Shown here one piece after another: positions 1 through 9,399 of a stretch of DNA of 64,000 bases. Within the stretch, counting starts at the first letter, position 1, and the number at the start of each line of letters is the position of its first letter. Source of the stretch: a virus. Made by a program: the position numbers and the translations under genes. The notes under the pieces are model-generated. The model ran no database searches. It worked only from the letters and a program-made list of their open reading frames with translations, and was not told the origin of the DNA. The DNA lies in IMG/VR virus record IMGVR_UViG_3300050821_011467, positions 10,261 to 74,260 of that record; one strand, given 5' to 3'.

Positions 1-36
1 CGGATATGCGTGTTTCTGACGGCGGTGCACGGCTCA

Positions 37-1646
37 TGCTAACCCGAACGCGCCCCTCATCCCCCTGGCCCCGATTGGGGCTTTTTTTGTGCCTGGGGCT
101 TGCCTCGCAGGCGGCTGCGGCGCCGCCATCCTACACGTCCTTCGCGATGTGCCTACCGACCGCGCACCTGTTGGCGCCCCCTCAGACCGACTCAACCCCC
201 AATCCGTACTGGTGGTACAACGGCAAGATGTACCTGCTGGCTCCCTCCGGCAATGTAATGGTGAGCCCCGGCAACAGCTGGAACCTGACCTCGCGCACCA
301 CCTACAATCCCGGCTTGACCAGTGGCGGGGCTGTCGACTCGGCCCCCGACATCAGCAGCATTACCGGATGGGTCAATGCGCAGCGCACCCGCCGCCCGTG
401 GGTGTCCGGGGTCATTAGCATCGGGGCCCCCGGCAGTGAGGTGCTCTACGGGTTCTACCATGAGGAGCAGGGCGCCTGCCCCTCGACCCCGGCGACGCCG
501 GTCAAATGCACCTCGGCGACGGCGCAGGCCCAATGTCCCGGAGCGGGCCCATTTTGGCAGTGCTATTGGGACAAGTATTCGTCGCTGCCCGATCCGCGAC
601 CTGGCGGTGACGGCTACTGCATGACGACGACGTCCGGTCGCGCTGGCGTCGCAATGTCGACCGACCATGGCAATACCTGGATCGATCGCGGGCGGATTGT
701 CAGCGAGTCGCTGGCTGCCGAGTACTGCGCAGCGGCAACCACCGGGGTAGGCTGGTCTGGCGGCGTCGAATTTCCGGTGCCGATGCTTGATCCGGATGGT
801 TACGTCTATGTCACGATATCAAACCTCAGTGGCGATCCGGCGAACCCGACGGCATTGGTCAATCAAGGGGTGCTGATCGCGCGGATATCGATCGCGGACC
901 TGGCGCAGCCGGACGCCCAGAACCGATTTAACTTTTGGGATAATGTCACGCATAGTTGGACCTTCTCAACCCAGGGAACGTCGGCGAGCGCGGTCCCGCC
1001 ATGCCCGACCTGCACTTGGGCGAATTATTTGACGCATGTGCAACCGCTGGCTAATCCACATAATACGCAAAGCTGGTCCACTCCCGGCCCCTACCCGAGC
1101 CCGCAAGGGACTTATTCCTTGCCGCAGACCGCCTGGAATACGAATTTGGGAACATACATTTTGCAGGCGACCAATTTCATCAGGATCAATGGTGGGACGC
1201 AACAGCCCGGGCTGTGGTACTTCGCCGGGGCTTCCCTGGCCAGCGATCCGCTAAACTGGCAGGGGTTTACGACCTGGAGGACGCCCGACGGGCAGATCTG
1301 GCAGGGCAGCGATTGGAATAATTTTACGGATATTGTTTATGATTTCACCCCGCCGGGGGGCCCCCATTTGCAATCGCAGTGTCAGTATTATCTAGAGATG
1401 GTTGGGGGTGCGGCTAATGCGGGATGCTCGGCCGCCCGCGGCGGGGGCACCGACGGCCTAGAGACCGACAAGTGCTTTGCTGACGCAGATTGGTACACCA
1501 ATAATTTCGGCTGCCCTACTCCTGGGACCTGGACCGGCGTCCACGAGTCTTACATGCAGATCAAATTTCGCGCGGGGGCCGATGCGACGTGCGCGGGGCC
1601 CAACACGCCGGTTGCTGCCAGCCCCGGCCGACGTTGGTTCCCATGA
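37..1646 (+). CDS. Large Cys/Trp-rich, probably exported protein with an Asp-box (BNR) motif; possible beta-propeller glycoside hydrolase-like
   Basis: ORF 6..1646; signal-peptide-like LGLFLCLGLASQAAAA; Asp-box AMSTDHGNTW; start uncertain (6/37/147), and a hairpin+T7 at 68-88 overlaps the 5' end. Confidence 0.5.
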
Positions 1647-1743
1647 GGGGGTGGCTGTGGCTGTCGCTGGCGGCGGCCATTGCCGGTGCGCTCGTCGCAC
1701 ACGCCATGTAATCTATAGGCACGTAAAAGGAGTTGCAAAGGAA

Positions 1744-2157
1744 ATGGCACGTAGGATCGAGCTCAAAATTATCGACGTGACCGAAGCCGCAGGGGGCTCG
1801 GTCTTCAATTACGGCGAGCTGCTGACCAATATACTGCGGTTTGGCCCGCCTGGCGGTGGCATGAGTGCCGATGAGGTCCTGCGTTGCGGCAATGCGCAGG
1901 AACCGCTTCTGGCGGCGATCAAGGACGAGGCCGATCATTTTATCATGACCGACGAGCAGTGGCGCACGCTGCGCGACAAGGCGGACAAGTTCCAATATAC
2001 CGTCGCGATCCAGGAGGTTTGCGACTTTATTCTGATGATCCGTAACGCCAAGGAGATCGGTGCCGAGGAGGAGAAAGCAAAACGGCCGAGAGCGGGAGCC
2101 GATGGCCATAGCGCCCCCAAACCCACCCACGCAGAGGCGGGAGCTACCCCGATGTAG
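1744..2157 (+). CDS. hypothetical phage protein
   Basis: ATG at 1744 after AAAGGA; C-terminal part of ORF 1477..2157. Confidence 0.6.
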   Translation: MARRIELKIIDVTEAAGGSVFNYGELLTNILRFGPPGGGMSADEVLRCGNAQEPLLAAIKDEADHFIMTDEQWRTLRDKADKFQYTVAIQEVCDFILMIRNAKEIGAEEEKAKRPRAGADGHSAPKPTHAEAGATPM

Positions 2158-2319
2158 CGGGTGTCGCGGAAAAAATACCGCTTGCCTTTTCGCCTAATTT
2201 CCCCGATTATTTTTCTGCACCGAAAAATTCGGGGTCGCTTCGGCGGCCAGCCACAGCCCCCACCTCGGGGGCTGTTGCGTTTCCAGCTCTTCGCCTACCC
2301 AGTTTACCCAAGACCCGGC

Positions 2320-2351
2320 GCCCCAGCCTCAATCGGCTGGGGCTTTTTTTT
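2320..2351 (+). terminator. Rho-independent terminator
   Basis: GCCCCAGCC-tcaatc-GGCTGGGGC followed by T8. Confidence 0.8.
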
Positions 2352-2364
2352 GTTTCTAAAGGGC

Positions 2365-2441
2365 TGGTGCCGGGGGCCGGAGTTGAACCGACAACCTGCC
2401 GCTTACAAGGCGGCTGCTCTACCGGTTGGAGCTACCCCGGC
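2365..2441 (-). tRNA. tRNA-Thr(UGU)
   Basis: Reverse complement folds as a cloverleaf: acceptor GCCGGGG/CCCCGGC, D-arm GCTC/GAGC, anticodon arm GCCGC-CTTGTAA-GCGGC, T-loop TTCAACT, encoded A-CCA end. Confidence 0.95.
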
Positions 2442-2772
2442 TGTTCATCGGATGGCCGGCAGACATTGAAATCAGCGTCTTTGTCAGGATCGGTTTGAAT
2501 CAAAAAGACGTCGTAAGTTCGGCCGCACTCCGCGGCGAAACTGCAAATCCACTCCGCGGCAACTTTGCCCATCATTGGGGCACGCTGGGAGTATGCCGCC
2601 GCTTCCGGGCACGAAGAGGGATCACCGCATAACAGACCAAGCCAAGTACATAAGAAGGCGATATGCATCTCAAGCCATCAAGTTCTCGCGGGCCCCGCCC
2701 CTTCGGGTGTTCCTCCTTGCGCGCCATTATCCAACGCGCACCGAGACCCGCTCGGCCCCGCCCGCAAGCTTG

Positions 2773-3426
2773 TCAACGGCGCCTAAACCCATGCCGGTGC
2801 ATCATAAAGCCGAGACCGAGCAGAGCCCCACCGAGCAGGGCCAGCGAGCTCGGCTCGGGGATGGCAACGGGGGTTCCAACGGCAACAATGCTCACCGAAT
2901 AAGACGCTGACGGACTCGACAGGCAGGTTGGCACCGGAACGGCAGTGCCGGCACAGACGCCTTGGCCAGTCCACTGGCCGGCCCATACAGACTCATCAAA
3001 TCCGTTGCCCGTGACAACCCCGACCATCGAAAACTCAAGCGCGTCGCTGCCGAGATCGACAATTTCGCTCATGTCCAGCGGGGTGCGCTGAATAGCACCG
3101 ATAGCCGTGACATCGAAAGTAAAGCCTCCATAGCTGTAGATGGTCCCGCTCGGAGCCAGCAGATTGATTGTTGCGGCAGTCACCGGACCAGCGAGGTTGC
3201 AGGCGGGGGCAGCGCTGGTGAATGAGCCGGTGCAAGTGTTAGACGCTGGCGTCCCTTGGGTGACGATGTTCAAGCTCGATACGATAGACGTGCTCGGCAC
3301 GGGCGGCACCGTAACGCCGCCATCACTAAGCGAGATTGCGCCAGTAATTGGTTCAGAATGGAGAGCCGAGGTTCCGGGTAGCAGTGACGCGACAATGGCG
3401 GCCGCAGCAAACAATGATAATTTCAT
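2773..3426 (-). CDS. PEP-CTERM exosortase-sorted protein
   Basis: N-terminal signal peptide MKLSLFAAAAIVASLL; C-terminal IPEPSSLALLGGALLGLGFMMHRHGFRRR (PEP motif, TM helix, basic tail). Confidence 0.88.
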   Translation of the reverse strand: MKLSLFAAAAIVASLLPGTSALHSEPITGAISLSDGGVTVPPVPSTSIVSSLNIVTQGTPASNTCTGSFTSAAPACNLAGPVTAATINLLAPSGTIYSYGGFTFDVTAIGAIQRTPLDMSEIVDLGSDALEFSMVGVVTGNGFDESVWAGQWTGQGVCAGTAVPVPTCLSSPSASYSVSIVAVGTPVAIPEPSSLALLGGALLGLGFMMHRHGFRRR

Positions 3427-3591
3427 CGGCGATTCTCCAGCACGTTTAATTCTCCGTAAGCTCGTCAGCTCGGGAGGTACCGGATTTTGCGCTTTCTGCT
3501 TCGCTCGGCCAAGTTACTTCTTCATGAACAAAATAATCCGGCACATAGGCCGGGGTAATAAAATTCTTTTCGCTTTGATTTAAATCTTTAT

Positions 3592-3816
3592 TCATTTACC
3601 AGGGCGCCGTGGTAATCTTTTGTCCTTCTCCAGCGCCCGATATGCCTGCAGCTTGGTCGATCTCAACGCGTTGCGGCCACCACGCTGGTAGAGCCTGACC
3701 CATTCGGCAAATTCCTCCTGAGAGATCGCGTACTCGACGAGGATCGCCACCAGCGAGCGCTCACCGCTGCGGCACGCCTCGATCAGCGCGGCCTTACGCT
3801 GGCTGGTCCAGCGCAT
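3592..3816 (-). CDS. sciP: SciP/DUF1153-like CtrA-inhibitor homolog
   Basis: RWTSQRKAALIEACRSGERSL...YAISQEEFAEW...GRNALRSTKLQAYR matches the SciP pattern RW..RKA.VV.AVRGG.LS...Y.L..EEF..W...G..GLR.TR.Q.YR. Confidence 0.8.
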   Translation of the reverse strand: MRWTSQRKAALIEACRSGERSLVAILVEYAISQEEFAEWVRLYQRGGRNALRSTKLQAYRALEKDKRLPRRPGK

Positions 3817-4015
3817 CGCACCATTCCCACGATCCGTCGGCCTTGGCGCGCAACACCGCGCCCACGGGTCCGCACGGGATCGCAATCCATGCCATATGTT
3901 TTGGCGGACGTGTCAGCAGCTCGCCGACCAGCTTGACCAGCAGCCAGACGCTCAGGCCGGCGCCGATGCCCAGGATTGCCGACACGCCGATTTGTATGGC
4001 GAGGCGCTTCATCAT
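3794..4015 (-). CDS. small membrane protein
   Basis: ATG at 4015; one hydrophobic segment; translationally coupled to neighbours. Confidence 0.45.
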   Translation of the reverse strand: MMKRLAIQIGVSAILGIGAGLSVWLLVKLVGELLTRPPKHMAWIAIPCGPVGAVLRAKADGSWEWCDALDQPA

Positions 4016-4299
4016 AGCGGGTCGAGCCCGGCCCCGGCCGCCCGGTACAGCCAGCTGGCGATCGCCGCGCGGCTCGTCAGCCCTTCGACATCGGAACGCA
4101 GCTCGGCCAGCCAGCCTCGGCCCTCCTCGGAGACGTCCGGGTGGTCCCAAACGTCCGACATAATCCACTGGCGGCAGTAAGCCCGCAGGGCGGCGATTTG
4201 CGCGCCGGTCAGGGGCTCGTCGTTCAGGTAGGCTTCGACCGCCGGGCGAAGCACACCGCTAGACTCGTACATCCAATAAACCGGCTTGGTCACGGCCAT
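4012..4299 (-). CDS. hypothetical phage protein
   Basis: MAVTKPVYWMYESSG...; within the leftward operon. Confidence 0.55.
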   Translation of the reverse strand: MAVTKPVYWMYESSGVLRPAVEAYLNDEPLTGAQIAALRAYCRQWIMSDVWDHPDVSEEGRGWLAELRSDVEGLTSRAAIASWLYRAAGAGLDPL

Positions 4300-4586
4300 A
4301 CGAGCTGCATTGCCGGCTGGCGGTCGAGCCCGTAGCCGGCAAACACCGCCTTGACCCGGACCCCGCCGTCGAGCGCCCAGGCGACGTCGACATTGCTGGT
4401 GCGCGGCACATACCCGAGCATTTGCGCATCGTCGGCCCACACCTGGACCGCCAGAGGATCATGCGGGTTCCCGGGCTCGCGAACCAACTGCAGCGGCGCT
4501 CCAAGCGGCAGTGCGTTCAGTTTCTTGGCTGCGCCCCGCTGGAACACGGCGCCGACGATCGGTACGGTCAGCGGAGGTTTAGCCAT
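4290..4586 (-). CDS. HIRAN domain protein
   Basis: LQLVREPGNPHDPLAVQV...MLGYVP is the HIRAN signature. Confidence 0.8.
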   Translation of the reverse strand: MAKPPLTVPIVGAVFQRGAAKKLNALPLGAPLQLVREPGNPHDPLAVQVWADDAQMLGYVPRTSNVDVAWALDGGVRVKAVFAGYGLDRQPAMQLVWP

Positions 4587-4710
4587 GCTACACCCGCCCA
4601 TATCAGTATGGACCCGGCGATGATTGCCAACGGGATCGGCCAATAGCTTGGCCGGCGGCGCGGTGGCATCGCGACCACCGCCCCGGTCGCCAACAGACGC
4701 TGCCATTCGC

Positions 4711-5973
4711 TCATGCTTGAGCGGCGCCCGCGTTGATCACATTCATCAGGTTCGCGTGGAACATGGGCCATTCGATCTGGAGACGTGCCAACTCGGTCTC
4801 GTGGGCCTCGCGGAACCGAACATAATCCCGCGCTGGCCGCTTCAGTTTGTCCATCTCGCTGAGCTTGAGGCGGGCCGGCATGTGCCATTTACTGATCGTC
4901 ATGCCATCGAGCAGCGGCACCAGGACATCGTATTGCGGCTTGCCGTCGTCGGGTTCTGTGGATGTTGCGGCAGGCGCTTCGGCCGCCTCTATCTCGCCCT
5001 GCAACCGGCCGTATTCAGCATTGAGCATGTCGGCGGCTGTGGCGTGGCCGCGCTCGCGCAATGCTGCGAGCAGCTGGCTACCGTTTTGCCAGGTCGCCTC
5101 GAGCCGCTGGGGGTTGCCGCGAGCGGCTTCGAGCCGCTCGGCATAGATGGGGACCACCTCGTCGAGGCTGTCAAACTCGTGCACCTCGCCATATTCGTCG
5201 TTAAAGAAATACGGCCGCTCGGCGGGTTCAGCTACGGCGGTCTCGGCGGGGACCGGCGCTGCCGCCGGCTCCTCAGTTGCCACCGGCTCCTCAGTTGCCA
5301 CCGGCTCAGTCGCGCGGGGGCGGCCGCGCCGGGGGACGCGCGGCGCCGCACTGGGCTCGGTAAAGTCTGCGAGCTCGGGGCGCGGTGGCGGGGTGACGTC
5401 GGTCAAATGATTGCCCCAGGTGTCCTCGACCTCGTCGGCCGTAGGCAACCCCATCATTACCTCGGGGCAATACAGCCGGATCAGCCATGTCGCCGACCGC
5501 CAGCGTAGCATCTGCTCCGGCATCGAGGTGTATTTGGCGTTGCGGGTCCAGCCGTCGGCCTTTGCCGTCGCCATCGACACTGTGACCTCGACCCGCTCGC
5601 CCTCGCTGACATGCGCGAGATCGCCATAGCATGTTACCTCCAGATCGATCCCCTGGCCTTTTGTGCGCCAGCGCAGCGGCCCGCGAAAAATCCCGCTGCG
5701 GTTGGCCCGTGCGATCATGTAAGCGGCCGACCATCCGGCTTTGGCATTGACGATGTAAATATTCTGCATGACCATCAACGGGTCCTCACCCATTGCGTCA
5801 GCCATCTGCAGTGCAATAAAGCAGTCGGAAATATTTTTCTGCAAGTGCTCCGGAACGAGTTTTGATTCCGAATAGAGCCGCGCCACCCGTTGGGTGAACT
5901 CAAAGCGGCTGGGGTCGCGCAGGATCGAGAGGTGGCCGGTGGTGGTGGTCGGCAGTCGGGCGTCATCAGGCAT
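4711..5973 (-). CDS. RecT/Red-beta-like ssDNA annealing protein with long C-terminal extension
   Basis: CFIALQMA...DPLMVMQNIYIVNAK, AKADGW...MPEQMLRWRSATWLIRLYCPEVMMG motifs; RBS GGAGG. Confidence 0.75.
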   Translation of the reverse strand: MPDDARLPTTTTGHLSILRDPSRFEFTQRVARLYSESKLVPEHLQKNISDCFIALQMADAMGEDPLMVMQNIYIVNAKAGWSAAYMIARANRSGIFRGPLRWRTKGQGIDLEVTCYGDLAHVSEGERVEVTVSMATAKADGWTRNAKYTSMPEQMLRWRSATWLIRLYCPEVMMGLPTADEVEDTWGNHLTDVTPPPRPELADFTEPSAAPRVPRRGRPRATEPVATEEPVATEEPAAAPVPAETAVAEPAERPYFFNDEYGEVHEFDSLDEVVPIYAERLEAARGNPQRLEATWQNGSQLLAALRERGHATAADMLNAEYGRLQGEIEAAEAPAATSTEPDDGKPQYDVLVPLLDGMTISKWHMPARLKLSEMDKLKRPARDYVRFREAHETELARLQIEWPMFHANLMNVINAGAAQA

Positions 5974-5997
5974 GGGGGAAACCTCCTGTTTGGGGAT

Positions 5998-6819
5998 TTA
6001 GCACTTGCGGATGGTGAATCGATCGGCCGAAAATATTCGGATGCCGGGAATGTCATCGTCCCGCGCACCTGCTGCGATCAGTTCGCGCACCACCTTGTCA
6101 TCGATCATCAGACAGCCGCGCGGCACGAGGGCGGGGGCGATCTCCTCGTAATCATACTTCTCGACGGAAAATCCGGTCGATCCGTATTCTCCCTTGACCG
6201 CGGTGGATGCGGGCGGGCGCTCGATAATCGCAGCTGCCACCAACGCCTCGGTTTTGGCGTGCTCGGCGCGTTGGGTCGCCGCCACAGCGCCGGGGCGATC
6301 GCCGGCGACTTCTTTGGCGCGGGCCTCCTCGGCCGCGCGTGCGGCTTCGGCTTCGGCACGCTGCCGGGCCACCTCGGCTTGGCGCTTTTCGGCTGCCTCG
6401 CGGCGCCGCTGTTCGGCCTTTTTGATGTCGTGGTATTGCTGGAGCCGCTTCTCGGTCAGTCCAACGATATCCTTTAATTTTTTTATCGGATCATTAAAAA
6501 ACCGGTCGACCACATTACCGGTATGCAGATAGGGCGCTTTTTCCTTGGTGTGGGCTTTGTCGAGCTCGCCCATCAGGTCTTTGACTTGTTTGCCGCCCCA
6601 GGTGACGGCCTTTTCGGCTTCAGCCTCGGTGGTAATTTTTGCCGGCACCTTGGCAAACCCCAAACTGAACTCGGCAACCCGCGCCAGCTGCTCGGGATAG
6701 CGGCGCTCGAGCTGCGCGCGCAATACTGCCGGGTCGCTGGTGACCAGGTTTGCCTCGACCGGCTCGGGGGGTTGATTATGCCCGATCCCCGGTGATTGCA
6801 GTGCTGCGCCATCGGCCAT
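5998..6819 (-). CDS. coiled-coil phage protein in the recombination module
   Basis: IGHNQPP N-terminal motif, long E/A/R/K-rich helix, adjacent to the annealase. Confidence 0.6.
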   Translation of the reverse strand: MADGAALQSPGIGHNQPPEPVEANLVTSDPAVLRAQLERRYPEQLARVAEFSLGFAKVPAKITTEAEAEKAVTWGGKQVKDLMGELDKAHTKEKAPYLHTGNVVDRFFNDPIKKLKDIVGLTEKRLQQYHDIKKAEQRRREAAEKRQAEVARQRAEAEAARAAEEARAKEVAGDRPGAVAATQRAEHAKTEALVAAAIIERPPASTAVKGEYGSTGFSVEKYDYEEIAPALVPRGCLMIDDKVVRELIAAGARDDDIPGIRIFSADRFTIRKC

Positions 6820-6985
6820 AAAATGCCTCTTGAAATGCTCGGTTTATCCGAGCGGAAATATACTTCATTCGGAATTTCGGTGCAACTGTGAAGGCCAGGG
6901 TTTACGCTATTTTCCAAAAAATATGATTTCCCTGGATCCGCGAAAAAATATTGCCTTTTCCCGGCGCCGCACTATTTTTAATAAA

Positions 6986-7228
6986 ATGACCATGCCGAGC
7001 GAAGCCGATCAGGAGCGCGCTAAATGGGCGCTTCTCCAGGCGCAGATCGATCTTGCCCACGCGCAGGTCGAACAGATCGGCCGACAAGCCCGGTTGGACC
7101 GCTGGGAAGTACCAAAGGCGATCGCGATGATCGCGCTGGCCTTGGCGGCGATTGTCGTCGCCAGCCGGGTGGCCGATCTGGTGCTGCCCGTCCGGCCTCA
7201 GACCATAATTGTTCATCTGGAAAAATAG
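6986..7228 (+). CDS. small coiled-coil plus C-terminal TM protein
   Basis: ATG at 6986 after an AT-rich intergenic stretch; TM AIAMIALALAAIVVA. Confidence 0.55.
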   Translation: MTMPSEADQERAKWALLQAQIDLAHAQVEQIGRQARLDRWEVPKAIAMIALALAAIVVASRVADLVLPVRPQTIIVHLEK

Positions 7229-7229
7229 C

Positions 7230-7757
7230 ATGCCGCGGCTGCCCGCGCTGCCCTCGCGGCGCCTCCCCATCGAGGTTGCCAAGCGCTTTGCTGGCAAATC
7301 ATCAACCGACACGCCGCGCGGCTTGCAGACCAGCGATCCCGCACCCGGCTTTTTCAAGCTGAAGTTCGCCCGCGGCGGCCCGTGGATCCCTGCAATCATT
7401 TGGCGACCGTGCCCGTTGGTGATCCCGGAGCCGCTTGAGGAATATACCGAGCCGCCCGAATATTGGTGCTATCCGACCGAAGCCTCCTCGCCTCCTAGCC
7501 AGGTGTGGTCGTGCACACAAGAATTGCCGCCACAGCTGGTTGCGGAAGGGCCGACCATGTGGTCGGGATTGTGGGCGCGCATCGGCGACGACGAGGTCGA
7601 CCCGCTCGAAGTATGGGGACGCGGTCCTCAGATCGGCCCCGCCGAATATTTGTGGCGCCTGCGGCTGCGCGAATGGGCGGTGCAGTTTGCTCCAGCCGAG
7701 CCCGAGGCAAACCCAAAACGTCCCGCCGATCTCGCATCGCTGCCGTCATTATTCTGA
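7230..7757 (+). CDS. hypothetical phage protein
   Basis: PAPGFFKLKFARGGPWIPAIIW; ATG immediately after the upstream stop. Confidence 0.55.
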   Translation: MPRLPALPSRRLPIEVAKRFAGKSSTDTPRGLQTSDPAPGFFKLKFARGGPWIPAIIWRPCPLVIPEPLEEYTEPPEYWCYPTEASSPPSQVWSCTQELPPQLVAEGPTMWSGLWARIGDDEVDPLEVWGRGPQIGPAEYLWRLRLREWAVQFAPAEPEANPKRPADLASLPSLF

Positions 7758-7795
7758 AGCTTGCCCGTCGCGGGCGAGCGTAATATTCCTCGGTC

Positions 7796-8044
7796 ATGCC
7801 GAGTGAGCGGGAGCCGGGTCTGGAAATCGCCATCGATCGGGCCGGTGGGATTAACGCCTTGGCGCGTGCGCTCAAACTGACGTCTCAAACCGTAGCCGAA
7901 TGGACGCGAATACCCCAACCGCACGTCCTGCTCATCGAGCAGCTCTACAAAATACCGCGCACCGAGCTGCGCCCCGATGTCTACCCACCGCCACGCCGTG
8001 GCCGGCCGCGACGGCAGCACCCCTTGGGAAAAACCGTTCGTTAA
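7796..8044 (+). CDS. Cro/YdaS-family HTH regulator
   Basis: AIDRAGGINALARALKLTSQTVAEW...IPRTELRPDVY. Confidence 0.85.
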   Translation: MPSEREPGLEIAIDRAGGINALARALKLTSQTVAEWTRIPQPHVLLIEQLYKIPRTELRPDVYPPPRRGRPRRQHPLGKTVR

Positions 8045-8072
8045 ACGCTCGGTTTGCCAGCCGGCGAGTGAT

Positions 8073-8432
8073 TTAACATTCGTCGTCCTGGAGCTCTGGA
8101 TCGCGGGTATCAGCGGGCATGGGGCCTTCCAGATAATCGCTTTGCAGCGCGCGCAGCACCCGTAGGGCGCGCGCCAGATCATCTCCTTTGAGGCCCGCGC
8201 AAATAGTGTGCAAGGCATGGGCATCGCCTGGCGGCCAACCCACCAAGGCTGCCGGGGTACAGGTCAGCGCCTCGGCACAGGCGCGCAAAAATTCCAGGTT
8301 ACACTCTTGTCGTCCGGTCTCGATTCGGTAGAGGGTCGTGCAGGATAGATTGAGTTTTTCGGCGAGCTCGATTTTTTTCATTCGCCGCCACTTGCGCCAT
8401 TCGGTGATATAGTGCCTCTGCTCTGTGGCCAA
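8073..8432 (-). CDS. XRE-family HTH repressor
   Basis: ITEWRKWRRMKKIELAEKLNLSCTTLYRIETGRQ HTH_3 pattern; TTG start. Confidence 0.8.
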   Translation of the reverse strand: MATEQRHYITEWRKWRRMKKIELAEKLNLSCTTLYRIETGRQECNLEFLRACAEALTCTPAALVGWPPGDAHALHTICAGLKGDDLARALRVLRALQSDYLEGPMPADTRDPELQDDEC

Positions 8433-8591
8433 AATTTTTCTCCCCCGAATTTTTTATATTACCCGATTTGGTCTCCCGCTCGCTCGGTTTTGACGAGTTT
8501 TTGACGGCCCGCCGATATTGCACCAAACGAATGGTTTGGGGTGTAATGAATTTGCAAGAAAAAGAATCACTCGGTCCGGAGGGGGAATGGA

Positions 8592-9143
8592 ATGAACGGG
8601 GAAACCTCGGCAGACATCGAAGCGCGCCTGATTAAAATCCTGAGGCGATTGCGGCCGCGCTTTTTGATCGGCCGCTGCGTCGGGGGGGTGGTGTTAATCG
8701 CCGCCGCGGCGATCTTGATCGGTCTTTATCTTGATCCGGGCTCGCTGCCGACGCGGCTGCATTTTGGCCCGATCATTATCGCTCAGGTCTTTGCGACGCG
8801 CCAGATCCACAGCTGGGCCGGCCGGACGGCGGGTGTCGCGGCTGGTCTGGCGGTTGGCGGTATCGCGCTCAGCGTGACGCTCGTGCTGATGGCTCTGGAT
8901 GTCCCAAATGCCGGCGACACGCAGTGGTTTGTCAGCCGGGTTGTTTTCGTGATCGCGGTAATGGCCGGACTGACCTTCCCCACACATAGGTCCGGTAGAT
9001 CATTTCCTCGAGCGCGGAGGTCACGTTCGGATCAATCGGCTGGCCTTCGCGACGACGTTTGGTCAGCAGATCATACACGGTCCGAACAATTTCCGCCTCC
9101 ATCTCGGTTGGCAGCTTTGCGTCGCGCAGACCGCGCCGCATAA
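8592..9143 (+). CDS. multi-pass membrane protein
   Basis: GGAGG upstream; 3-4 hydrophobic segments; 3' end overlaps the opposite-strand ORF. Confidence 0.4.
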   Translation: MNGETSADIEARLIKILRRLRPRFLIGRCVGGVVLIAAAAILIGLYLDPGSLPTRLHFGPIIIAQVFATRQIHSWAGRTAGVAAGLAVGGIALSVTLVLMALDVPNAGDTQWFVSRVVFVIAVMAGLTFPTHRSGRSFPRARRSRSDQSAGLRDDVWSADHTRSEQFPPPSRLAALRRADRAA

Positions 9144-9399
9144 TTTCCAACGCCATCTGCAGCACGGCCGTCGATACCTCCTCAAACCCCATCGCCTCGG
9201 CCAGGCTCCAGTCGGCAGCCCGCGCCAATTTTTCGATCGTATCGATCCGCCGACTGGTGCGCGGCGGATGACTAAACGCATCCGGGGCCATCCCGGCAGC
9301 GGTCAGTAAATCCCGCACGGGGATGCCGAGTTCGGCGGCGCGGCGGCGGATCCGGGTCTGAAGGGCCTGCTCCGACCATTCCGGGGTAGACACAGTCAT
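8932..9399 (-). CDS. HTH-like regulator
   Basis: RIRRRAAELGIPVRDLLTAAG...IDTIEKLARAADWSLAE resembles an XRE fold. Confidence 0.55.
   Translation of the reverse strand: MTVSTPEWSEQALQTRIRRRAAELGIPVRDLLTAAGMAPDAFSHPPRTSRRIDTIEKLARAADWSLAEAMGFEEVSTAVLQMALEIMRRGLRDAKLPTEMEAEIVRTVYDLLTKRRREGQPIDPNVTSALEEMIYRTYVWGRSVRPLPRSRKQPG

Noticed and set aside
2365-2441. tRNA as a prophage attachment site
   Set aside because: No duplicated tRNA 3' end or integrase seen; phage-like genes lie on both sides
5265-5307. 18-bp tandem duplication in the annealase gene
   Set aside because: In-frame slippage in a low-complexity linker (EPVATE x2); no evidence of function
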